Origin: Schizochytrium sp. TIO01
Taxonomy: Eukaryota > Protista > Bigyra: Labyrinthulomycetes
Direction: 5' to 3'
NCBI GenBank assembly: GCA_004764695.1
Contig: SMSO01000033.1
Coordinates: forward strand, 1,240,001-1,304,000
Length of the DNA stretch: 64,000 nt
Shown here: positions 1 to 11,653 of the stretch, piece after piece
How the letters are laid out: each line of letters starts with the position of its first letter
How positions within the stretch are numbered: the stretch's first letter is position 1
The notes under the pieces: generated by a model
What the model saw: the letters and a program-made list of their open reading frames with translations, nothing else
Told to the model about the DNA's origin: nothing
Database searches by the model: none
Translations under genes and position numbers: made by a program

Positions 1-3000
1 AGACGCGGAGAAGACTTTTTGTTGGCAGGGAGCAATTGCACTTTCCTCTACTAGAGCATTGATTTTCATTTTCCTTTTCAATTTTATTGCCTCCATCTTC
101 TGGTAGTAAGTTAGCTAGGTACCTCCCTAGCGATACTACTATTTTGAAATTATATGGGCATACACCTATAGCAACAATTAAAGTTTGAAGAAACCAAGAC
201 TCAAATACAGTATGATGTCTCATTGTTTCTCTCACCTTCTTAGCTGCGCTTTCAAAAAGTTATGTAGTATTCAATAGCAAGCAGCGTACTAGAGAGGACA
301 TGTTTTATCTCACTTTCAGCTGCAGTCTGACAGTGCGGAATTCTCCGCAGTGTGCACCATGCCATCGTGCCATTGATTAAAAATCACACATTACAGATGT
401 TATTATTCAATGCCAGTGTTGTATGTTAAGATATGATAGGAAAGCAAAAACGTGCTGGAGCGATAGCAGGCCAACCGATTCTCATTAAAGCATGGCTTGC
501 TCAACAGAAGTTGGACGAATCCTAGAGACGGGTCAATTCCGCGAATGCGGACCCAGCGGGAAGTACAACTTTACATTCATAATAATCAATGAGCTTGTAG
601 AGTTAAAGAAACCTAAAAATAGATCATCGCACAGGCTGCAAAGTTTACTGTAAACTAGAGTTGCTGAGGATGCCTGATTTGCGAAAGATTCTAGCTAGAA
701 GGTCATTGCAACCTTTTAGATCTAAACTCATTTTAAACAATCGCATAGTACACGCCCCAGGGTTGAGCCACCATATATGAAGAGCTGCATCTTAACTACG
801 AACTATTTGGTCGAATGAGAGTACGTCCCTCCAAACAAAGGATACTACCATTTTCAACTCGGATTGCATTTCAGACCGCTGAAGGTTGCATTCTGATCTT
901 GCACCTGGCAATTTTTGCATTAATGTATTGTCAAGTTGTCATGTAATCGTATTTCGTACAGGGTAGAAAGATTACATATCATCTAACTTCGGAAAATCCA
1001 AAACGTGTTTTCATTTTGGGATAATCAAATATGGCCATGTATCTCCATACCAAATGATCTAAATCTGTAGAAAGAGAGTTTACCTACCCCAGAGAAAGTC
1101 CGGATGCCTATGTTTGTGGTGTTTATGCTTCATATAATTCTCGTTGCCAAAATTCGTTCACCTGGAGTCAGGTTTCATGGTATGGCCTTTAATTCAATAA
1201 CTATCATGAAACTTTAATGATGTGTAACTCATTTCACTGGCAACCAAGCTAGCAGTTTAAGCCTTTTGCGATATACTTCACCGTTATCTGCTAAAATGCA
1301 CTATATTTTCTCCTCGTAAAGTTTGACTGGCCTTGAAATGGGGTTATTTATAGCAAGCTACTTTTAGTCATAGTTGGCAGGTAGAGAAATGATTCAATTT
1401 AAAGCGGCAACTTTCCCCCCAAACAATCATCAGCTGCAAAACTTTAGAGTATTCTACTCGTGATAATCTTGCTATCGTCCAGAAACCTTCCATCTTTTCA
1501 TGCCAGCTTGTTGCAGATATTTCAGTAAAGTAAAATATAACCAATGTTACTCGAGTAGATATGAGAGCATACCCAATTAGTTGTACATAGTATTTGTCCA
1601 TTATATTTGTATATTACGCTTAGAACGAGGTAACATCTATTGTTCACGGCATCCTCAAATTTAAGATCTCTAACTGCCCCTCCATAAAAAAGAAGCAGCT
1701 ATGATGCAAAAGACTATGACACATTCAAGTTTACAAACTTCACCAAAAATTCTATTTGCACATTTGAAGCTTTATCCATTTGTAGGTTGAAATATTGAAT
1801 TCATTAGAACCTCTACAAATCGAAGAATAACGAATCGAAAATCTTAACCACAACATCCACAGGATTCCTTAGTAAATTCTGAAAGATGAAAGCTTTGAAG
1901 AAGGCATGATTGAGAAGACTTCGTAACTTTGGCTTCCAAAGTCGTGACCTGCTGTCCTTGGGACTCAACCCCAAAGAAGATAAATTTATACCAACCTTAG
2001 GAGACTGAGACAAACTTAATCACAACTGAACGGGATGAGTTAACTCGTTTCTTCAACAATGCCCCATACTAATTCTAGCAAATGCGTATGTTTACTTTCA
2101 GTTTTTGTATGTCCTGCGTTCACAACCATGGCTAGTCTCGTTCGTGTGCAAGCCCTTAATCCTTGAGGGTGTACAATCAAAAACTCGAGTAAGGTCTTGT
2201 TCACTAATTGCTTCGATTGAGAGTCTCACCAGTAAAAGGCGTCGTTTACATGAATACTTGCCAGTAGGAACTGGCAAGTTAATTTATCATCAGCTGGAAG
2301 AACATATCTGCTATCGGGTACCGCCTCTTGGTTGCTCTTTCCCTCACATTGACTCATAATCTGCCAAAATATACTGGTGCTTTCATTTTTAACAGTCGTT
2401 GTGTTTGGTGCTAAACGTTTAACTCTGACTAGGCAAAGGTTGACTGGCAAGATGACAGAATCTCAGTCTTCCTAGAGTTGAATTTTATAGGCCTTTTTTA
2501 ACATCTGAGTTAATTATGACGCTAAGCAGACGGTGGTGCGCGTTCTGTGGTAAAAATCCATGAAAAAGAGGAACTTCATGCATGCAGCCACGATTTTCAC
2601 TTCTGGTTTCAGCTCTCAGAATTCTATCGAATGTATCCATTTACATGCAGTCTTACTCACTTTAGCACTTTGTACCTAGAGTTTAATTGCTAGCTCCTGT
2701 TATGCCCTAGTATGCCTTTAAGATAGTGTGCAGACAGTCCTCGAACTCGTGTATGATTTTCGATAAATGTTCTTAAGTAACGAGTATGTTGATCACTCGC
2801 TACCCACCCCATGGAGTCGAGAGCATCCTTTGCACTGGGCTCGTCTCATTTGAGACCAGCTTCACACCGAAGTACTCTAAAAATCAAGGGAGTGTTTGCT
2901 GACACTTTTTGTAACTATGAAAGCTTTAATCTTCAAGCTGGAACAAACATCTTATCATGCCTGATCTCAGTGATACACATTGCGCTATGATACCCAAGTA

Positions 3001-4581
3001 ATTGCGATAATTTACAGCAGCAGTCTCTTGCTCTAATACTTTTTTCGTGAACTCACCAAAACATTTTTCTTGATTAATGAGTCTAGTAGCACGCGGACCG
3101 AGCGGTGCATTTATCTTAATGGTGAGAAAATCCTATTCTGTCTCTATCATGATTATGTTAGCTCGGGTCTCATACAATGCTAAGTCGTCAACTTTCTCAA
3201 CTCATAAATAATAATTTCATTGTTTACGATATATTGTTTACTTCAAAACGCACTTTATCCCTCGTGGCATGTCTGGTCGCGTGCCACCTTCACTAATCGG
3301 AGACAATAACTAGCTACTTTTCTCGAATTTAAAATCACTTTTCAGTTTTCCAATACACGCATATAGAATTCACCATTACACATTAAGTCTAGTTCAAATA
3401 AGATAAGAATAACAAGCATGGCTTGGGTAGGCAATGACCCTCTCATATAGAAGTAGCGTACCAACTAAGCCACACTATTTAGCATCCACTATTTTCATAC
3501 ACTTCATACTCAAACTCTACAAGAATGAGGAAAACTATGTCGTGCGCTACATATATGTTGCACCACATCTAGCTTTGCCGATTTCCACGCTCCAGGCTTT
3601 GGGGAAAGGCTAGGTACTAAATTAACACCTACTTTAGTTCATGATCTAGTCTAGTAGCTAGCTACCTACTTCTCGTATCTAACGAAAATCAATGCACATT
3701 TCCGTTGCTATTTTTCTGCTTCCAAGTTCTTCATTGCAATTGTTACAAGGACTTATGTTTTGCCAATTCTTGATATAGCATTAGCCGAAAAGAACTTATA
3801 TTCTTTGGTATGCTTATGACGAGTGCTCGCATAAGAGGGTGGTGTCATGCATCAATACTATCATTGTGTGCTTGTTTTGGCTTGAGTTCTATTTTTAACC
3901 CAAGTTTTAACTTTATTATTATTTTGTAATAGAAGTTGGCTCTAACTATTGAGTGTGGTTGTTCAGCTTTTAAGTGCTCGCTTTGACTTGGACATTTACC
4001 CAAACAAAATGATTACTATTCGTTGTAAAGCTGATTGCCCAAAGACAGTCTACTTCCGGACAAAAGCAATAAAATAGAAAGGAGCATGCCCAACTTTTTA
4101 TATTTTCTTTTTCAAATGAAAATTAAAATTCAAAAGCCAAGTTGAACCACCATCCCGATTCATGATTGCACAACTCTTGATACTTTATTTTTGCTCAGGG
4201 ACACGCGCTATTTGGCTACAGAGAGGAAAATTCCTATTTAAGAAGGTGAAGTTCTGGACTCAGAGCACAAACAAATTTGAGTTGATTACATCGAAGTTGT
4301 CCTAAGTCTCGAAAGTGTGAATGGGGGAGTTCCACACTTAAGAGAAGTGTATACATATCGAATTAAGCCTACAAATTTAAACCTGCATACTTTTGACTAT
4401 GGGACAATCTAGGGACTTGAGCTTCCATAGCTATGTGCTGAATAGGAGCTATAGGTATATTACAGAATCGCAGTGCCTGTTCCGTAAACTATATGCTGGT
4501 CGCTCAATAGCATCAGCAGCTAGTGCTGCAGCAAATCCCCAAAACCTGAATTCGAAGAAAGACACGTCCATAGTAGAAAGA

Positions 4582-5642
4582 ATGACTTCGCCTTTCCATA
4601 CCGTCATACTTTGTGCTGTTGTAGTACTGGCTATTCTTAGCCAGACGGAAGCTAAGCTCAGTGGCTTGACAGGACGCAAGCTCAGAGAATCTCTTGAGAA
4701 GGACCTTGCAAACATTGACGCGGCTCAGGCTCGCAGCTTGGGCCTTACGAGCTCGCAGGTGAGCCTTGTCAATGCTGCATGGGCTGAAATTGAAGCAGCT
4801 GAGTACCCGAACGCTGTTGTCTTCGGCAGCGACCGTGCAGCTGTCTATCGTCAAGAAGACACTGTCTATGGCACGGATGGTGAAACTTCAGGTTACGCAT
4901 GCTGGGTGATGGCAGAGGAAACCTCATCTGATGACAGTAAGTTTTGAGCACTCGAAAAAAGGTCAAAACATGGTGACTGACCCTTGACAAAATTATGAAA
5001 ACTGTTTAATCTATAGTGAACGACTGGATGAATAATCTTGACGCTGGCTCAGAAGACATTTCCAGTATTAAAAAATATTTAATGCAGGACTCATCATGCG
5101 GCTGCAAGTCCTACACGTGGTGGGGCTTGTGGTGTAGCGAGTACAAGACTTGCGAGAAATCTCGTAGTTATGAGTCTGGCTATGATGGTTTTGTAAAAGC
5201 TTACAATGGTATGCGTGATGATATCTATAGTCGTATGCAGTCTGCCTGTAACCCTGAAGATCGCCTTATTTTAACAGGTTACTCCCGTGGTGCTGGAATT
5301 ATCAACGTTCTGGCCTATGTGATCTATAAGGATGACCTCTGGGATACAAGCAAGATTGTACAGGTGACCTTTGGCAGCCCACGAACCTTGTCCGACGATT
5401 TGTCTGATGAAGTTCATGGACAGTTTGACCAGCTTCGGATCATTTACAAAAAAGATGCTGTTCCTTCAGTTCCTTATTCCATCCTGGGTTTTAAGCACTA
5501 CGGCACAATGAGGTGCTTTGAGTGTGGTTATGAAGAAGGACGTGATAACCCATACTGGAGTTGGTTTGTAGACAATGGCATTGACGATCACGTCTCTTAT
5601 GCTGATTGGCTTCCCATTTCAGATGGCTCCTTCAGCGCATAA
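4582..5642 (+). CDS. Secreted class-3 lipase-like alpha/beta hydrolase, copy 1; join(4582..4936,5017..5642), 326 aa
   Basis: ORFs 4393-4947 and 5016-5642 join in frame through a phase-1 intron at 4937..5016 (GTAAGT...TAG, 80 nt). Hydrophobic signal peptide from ATG 4582. Nucleophile elbow LILTGYSRGAG (GxSxG), TFGSPR, acid motif DAVPSVP and a C-terminal DH follow the Lipase_3 motif order. Confidence 0.85.
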
Positions 5643-5919
5643 ACATACGAAACGAAACAGGCATAAAGAATAGTTTATTTCTATATCAGTAAAGTAATCT
5701 GTGATTAGTTTTCAGTGTAATGTGAGATTACAGATCTTATATATGGTATAAACGAAGTTTTCTTTAGTGACTTATAGTACATTGGCACATTTTTCCTTTT
5801 CTCTGATTCTCAAGAACAGCCATTTCGACAAATTCTACATACCTATATCGAATGTAAAAAGGCTAGAGGACAGCTCAATGTTGAAAGCTATTCGCAGGGC
5901 AATTTGCCCTGTGCCATGT

Positions 5920-5957
5920 TTTAAAGGTATCGTTTGATTTAAAGGTATCGTTTGATT
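5920..5957. repeat. Perfect 18-bp tandem duplication (TTTAAAGGTATCGTTTGA x2)
   Basis: Read directly from the sequence. Confidence 0.85.
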
Positions 5958-8286
5958 CTAAAACACCAAAAGAGAAAGTTTTAAAGGTTGAATTGGTGAC
6001 GATCCTGCAATTATCAATCGAAGGAGCACTTGGATCAGACATGATTAAAGTTCTTGGCTTTCCAACAAAATTCTTGGAGACTAAAGGTCTATTCAAAAAA
6101 AGAGATCAAACAACCAGATATGCTTTCGGAAAGCTAAGAAATTCCTATCTAAGATTTTTAGACCACAAAATAAATTTGTAGGAAAAAAAATTAAAAAGGA
6201 AAAAGAGAAGAGCGAGGAGGCAAGATCACCAAACGACCTTCGATTCTGTGTAAAACAAAATATGTCTGTTTTAGTATACCAAATCAAGAAATAGATCGCC
6301 CTCCACATATGCAGTCCACCTTTGGGTTAACAAGTTGCTAATTTAAATAGAGTAAGTAACAGCCTTTCTGAGTCCTTTCTGTACCTTGACTTTAATTAAC
6401 AAGTCACTCTCAAGCAAATTATTCCACAACATGAAGTGTATGATGAGAAGTTGCATATCTTCATCAGGGTAAAAAGTAAGACATATCTAAGGATGTTGAC
6501 TTTTCATACAAACAAACACAGTTTTCGACAATTTCCTGTCCTAATATCGAAACACGCGTATTTTAAATTTATAGTACCGGATTTTATATCCTGAATTTTA
6601 GACTTCTTGCTGTCCCATGTGTCTATCTTCGATTTCTCTTCGTAGACTTCAGCGTAAAAGGACATAATTCAAGGTTGCATATGAAAAAAGAGTTCTGGAC
6701 GTACACGCCTATGTGTTGGCCATGCGACATTTTTTAATTTCTTCACATACAAAATCTTATTTTTCTAAGGACCTATTCACATTTTCTAAGTTTGTTGACC
6801 CAGGTGTTTGCCTGCTGATACAAGTTTCATTTGCAGAGACGAGACGGATACATAAACCAATGCAGATATGATGTCCATTCTATTAGTTCGACAGTGTCCG
6901 GTCGGTAGGTTAAATACCAAGGAACGTGCAACCTGAATTCCAAAATTTGAGAAAGATGACTGGTGTCTTGTACTCATTCGGGATAGCAAGACTTCACTTT
7001 CAATATAGAAAGAACACCCCCCGTCGCCGAGATTCAGCAGATTTGGGTTACCAAGTAAACAGCGCGTACCCCTCCAGTGCTCAGGCCCTCCATATATTTC
7101 TGGCAGCAAGCCGTTGAGAAGAGGTAGATCCTCGCGTGTCCATTGAATTCAGAAAAGGAAAAGAAAAAAGGAATTACTTTATTGATTATACCCTTTACGT
7201 AACTTAACAAATGTCATAAGATTTGATTGGCTCTCCAAACCCGTCCGAAACAATGACTTTACCTTTCGTTCGGCCATCTTCGGAAATAAGTGTTGGGTTG
7301 TGAATTAGTAAATTACCCGAACGACGCTACAACTGCTGCTTACACAAACTCGTTAGTCTTTATTCTCCAGTCTTCGATGACATTAATATAATATCTACAA
7401 TACACCCATGAAATCTTGTATTAGCAGATTTTATCTTAACAAGGGGGTTAGATTACAACAATCAAGCATATTCACTACCCTAAACTACACTTTTTACTCA
7501 AAAGGTGTATGGAAGAGAGGTCTCAGGCAAAAAGCTAGATACTATTATAGAGATTTGTCGATTCACATGCCAGAGGATTTAAGTCTAGAGCTATGGTCAT
7601 TGCATGCAAGATAATTACCTCTTCACAATTCTAAAGATGAAAGGATGTGATTGCAAAGCTTCGTTTCTCCGATTGCAGTTGCTACAGGAGTTTTCCATGA
7701 TTTTAGTGTTTAATAGTTTGCTAGCTTTTCTGAATTTTGGTAGCCCGGAAAACTCGATATTTGAAGTTGTTAGTACTACCTACTTCAAATGCAAGTACTG
7801 CATACAATGAGGACCATATATAATTACGCACAAACCACAAGTTCAAAGCCACCAGCAAAAGATGGCAACAAATGTTAAAAAACGTGACACTACCTCCACC
7901 CAATTGCACTTCCCCCCTCTGGGACACGTGCTTTTGGTTGAGGCCCAAGGCCCTGCTGTTATGAAAGGTATAATTTTGTCTAGACACAGAGATCAAACCG
8001 ATCTGAGTTTATTTCATCAAAAGCATTTAGACACGGAGGAAGTGTTGCCCAACCCTTGTTATCTAAGAACATTGGACGCTTGAAGTCACGCACTTAAAAT
8101 AAACAGTCGATCCATGTTAATATGCTAGCTGGAATCTGTTAGCTGTTTTTCAAATCACTATAGATAGGGCCGTGCTTTGAGTGTGGGCTATAGACGCACC
8201 TAAAAACGTACCAACATCAGGTAAGCAGCTGGTGCTTCAGCAATCCCGAAATTTGAAAGCGAAGAATAGGCAGGCAAGATAAAGGA

Positions 8287-9352
8287 ATGGGTTTGTCTAT
8301 GCGTTTCATAGTATTTTGGGCTGTCATTTTATTAATAGTTGTTCCCCATGCAAATTCTAAATTGAATGATCTCAGAGGTCATACACTCAGGCGATCTCTT
8401 AAGAAGGAGCTTGCATACGTTGACTCAGCCCAAGCTCGCGGCTTAGGCCTTACAAGCTCGCAGGTGAGTCTTGTTAATACAGCCTGGGCCGAAATTATAG
8501 CGGCTAGGTACCCTCGTGCTGTCGTGGCTGGCAGCGACCGTGCAACAGTCTATCGTCAATTGGACACTGTCTATGGGACAGATGGTGGAACTTCAGGCTA
8601 TGCATGCTGGGTGATGGCGCAAGAAACTTCATATGGTGACAGTAAGTCTTCATTACTTGACACATATTTTATCAAAACAAAGTAGCTGACTTATGACAAA
8701 TTCTATGTAATTGCTGTATATTTTAGTGAACGACTGGATCAATAATATTGATATGGGCTTGGACAACATTCTTAGTATTAAAACTTACGAAATGCAAGAC
8801 TCATCATGTGGCTGCAAGTCTTATTCATTGTGGGGCCTATGGTGTAATGAATACAAAACTTGCAATAAAACTCGCAAGTATAGATATGGCTATGAGGGTT
8901 TTGTGAGAGCTTACAACGCTATGCGGGTTGGAATCCATAGCCACATGAAAACTGTATGCCAGCCTGAGGATCGACTTATTCTAACAGGCTATTCCCGCGG
9001 TGCTGGGATTATAAATGCTTTAGCCTACGTGATCTACAAAGATGATCTCTGGGACACAAGCAAAATTGTGCAAGTGTCCTTTGGAAGCCCGCGTACCTTG
9101 ACAAGTTCCTTGTCTGATGAGATTCACGGAAAATTTGACCAGCTTCGAATCATTTACAAAAACGATCCTATTCCTTCAATTCCTTATCCACTTATGGGCT
9201 TCAAGCACTACGGTACAATGAGGTGCTTCGAATGCGGTTACGAAGAAGGACGAAACAATCCATACTGGAGCTGGTTCTTAGACAATGGATACAATGATCA
9301 CATCTCTTACTATTATTGGTTTCCTATCGAGGACGGTTCCTTTGGCGGATAG
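8287..9352 (+). CDS. Secreted class-3 lipase-like alpha/beta hydrolase, copy 2; join(8287..8641,8727..9352), 326 aa
   Basis: Phase-1 intron at 8642..8726 (GTAAGT...TTTTAG, 85 nt) in the same codon position as copy 1, with identical coding-exon lengths (355+626 nt). Signal peptide, GYSRG, SFGSPR, DPIPSIP and DH present. Clear paralog of 4582..5642. Confidence 0.85.
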
Positions 9353-9825
9353 GACAATATGATGATTTAAATAAGAACTCATTTGACGAATAATTGTCTT
9401 GTTTTTATAGTGAAGCAATGTTCTATACTTATTCCTGGTCAAACTAAAGTAATCATTAACCTTGCTCGTAATGTCCTCTTTTTAAAAAAAAAGGTATTTA
9501 CGATTAAATAATCAGGATGAGTGCAATCGAAATGAAGTCCATGTTTTGAGAGTTTATTTTATGAATAATCTCAACCATACCCACTTTAACAAAGCTGTTT
9601 TTTTAAATCTTGTAATTGAAGTACGCTCTAGCAGATTGCACTTGAATAGTAGGCTCCTCCGTAACTATCTGCTATGTAAGATCGTTCGGAAATTGTTCCC
9701 CCAAATTCTTGCATTTATTAAACGAACGAAAAAACAGGACTAGGACTCCAAATGTTCAACTACTAGTTACCATATTAAATAAAGCAAATAGCTAAGGTAA
9801 ATAATATAATAATAATGTTCTCTCC

Positions 9826-10677
9826 ATGGCCCGGACAGCAATACTTGCAGAACCCTATTGCAGATTCCATTGCAACATGACGCATAGATCAAGCGGGTAT
9901 GATTTCACGAGCAAGGACGCTCGCTTGCGATGGCAACGCTGTGCTCCATGCCGACTCGTGAACAGAGACCTCGGTTATCCAGTACTCGTTGTAGACGACG
10001 ATGGCGAACCAGTGGACCCGGGCTCTTCAGAAGAGCTTGAAGTGTCTCTGCGGGCTGACCAGAGCAAACGATGGCAGGAGGCTGTGGAGAAAGCAGTTTC
10101 CGAAGGCTGGGTAGAGCTTGAAAATCGGGAAAGTCAAATTGAAGGCTTGGGTGTCTTTACCAAGGTCAAAGTTGCGAAAAACACAGTTCTAGGCTATTAC
10201 AATGGAACAGTGCACACAACAGAGACATGGGAGGAACTCACTGGAGGCAATGATGAAAATGAAAGCGAGGGCGAGAGTGAGAATGAGGCAATCAGAAAAG
10301 AAATTGCGAGTGGAGAAGAGGCTGGTCAGGCTAACAATACTATGGAGGCAGATAATATTACCTTGGACGAAAACTTTTTGTTTAACCTAAATGATGGAGC
10401 ACATGGAGTCATGCTGGATGGCAAGCATGGAGATTTTGTAAACGAGCTCAAATACCTCAATCACTCATGTGAGCCAAATGTAAAGATGCAAGAAGTATTT
10501 CTTGATGGGGCATGGGGAGTGATTGTCTATGCTCTACGAGATCTTGCTGAGGGTGAAGAGCTGACTCATGATTTTGCCCTGCATACTGAAGACCCGGATG
10601 AGGCTTTAATTTTGTGCAGATGCCAGACATCCAGTTGCCGGCAACGATTATTTGCATACTTTCCATGGGACGATTAA
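9826..10677 (+). CDS. SET-domain protein with post-SET cysteine cluster (lysine methyltransferase-like); start may be the downstream ATG at 9877
   Basis: EGLGVF...YYNG (motifs I/II), KYLNHSCEPN (motif III), EELTHDF (motif IV variant), post-SET CRCQTSSC. Confidence 0.85.
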   Translation: MARTAILAEPYCRFHCNMTHRSSGYDFTSKDARLRWQRCAPCRLVNRDLGYPVLVVDDDGEPVDPGSSEELEVSLRADQSKRWQEAVEKAVSEGWVELENRESQIEGLGVFTKVKVAKNTVLGYYNGTVHTTETWEELTGGNDENESEGESENEAIRKEIASGEEAGQANNTMEADNITLDENFLFNLNDGAHGVMLDGKHGDFVNELKYLNHSCEPNVKMQEVFLDGAWGVIVYALRDLAEGEELTHDFALHTEDPDEALILCRCQTSSCRQRLFAYFPWDD

Positions 10678-11653
10678 GATAGATTTGTTCATCATTAAAT
10701 GGGACCCTTCTATACGATAGAAATTGTAATTCATTCCAATAGAGTTATTACCATGAGAAGTTTTACACTCCAATCAACTTTAGCCACAGATAATGTGCAT
10801 TAAGTATATTGCATTGGTTCATGCAACAACTATGAGCTAATAAAATTGAAATTAGGTGCTAAATTGTACCTTCCATATGTAATCAACATTAACGTTGATT
10901 TTGCGTTCAGCATACCATGAAATAAACTAGGTTTTAGTTCGAAAACAACAAATCACGCTTCTACAGTAGGTAGTTAGAGAAAGAGATAATGCAAACCACA
11001 CATGGAGTGGCATCTCGCGATACAGTATTTCTTCTCGTCACATTGCAAGCCGTGAACGCATTTATTCATTCCTGATTTCCTCCCCTTTTTTTTTTTCACA
11101 ATTATGCTGTCTACTCTTATTACGAGATGTTCCTATGCATGAACTCAAATATTTTGCAGAGCATCATTTGGCATACTTCGTGATCTCTGAACTTTATTTT
11201 TCTTTTTATTTGGAGACTAGCCGCCTTTGAACCAAACTTTCGTCCAAACATACTTTTAAAATATATTATCTATTAATCTTTAACTCTTGGCATAATTGGT
11301 TATGAAACCCCTTCGACCCAACTGACTCACGAATTGTGCAGCACAACTGGTGCCTACTCCTTCAATGTCCACCTATCAAGCGATCTGCTCTCTTTTTTCG
11401 ACAACCGAGGTCTCACCGCAGTTAAAGACGTTCTTGTATGTATCTTAAATAAGGAAGCTTCCTCACAGTAACTTAAAAACGAAGAAGAAGCAAAAAGAAG
11501 GTCTTCCTTCTTTCATTGTCTTCGCTCAGTGAGAGTAGGTACTCAAGCTAGAGATCATCAAAACTTGTGTAAAACCCAAACAAAGCCTGGCATCAGGCAA
11601 GACCTAGCACAAGGTCTGTTTGCCTGCTTGACTACTCTCGTGGATAACGCAGT

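Noticed and set aside
1-4390. Possible genes or elements upstream of the lipases (short ORFs of 66-84 aa)
   Set aside because: No recognisable motifs, splice-supported models or terminal repeats found by eye.
4393-4581. Longer N-terminus for lipase copy 1 from the ORF track
   Set aside because: It starts at TTG, not ATG. ATG 4582 gives a signal peptide and exactly matches the paralog's exon length.
6444-6460. 17-nt match TGAGAAGTTGCATATCT shared with 37004-37020
   Set aside because: The flanks do not extend convincingly; too short to call a dispersed repeat without a search.
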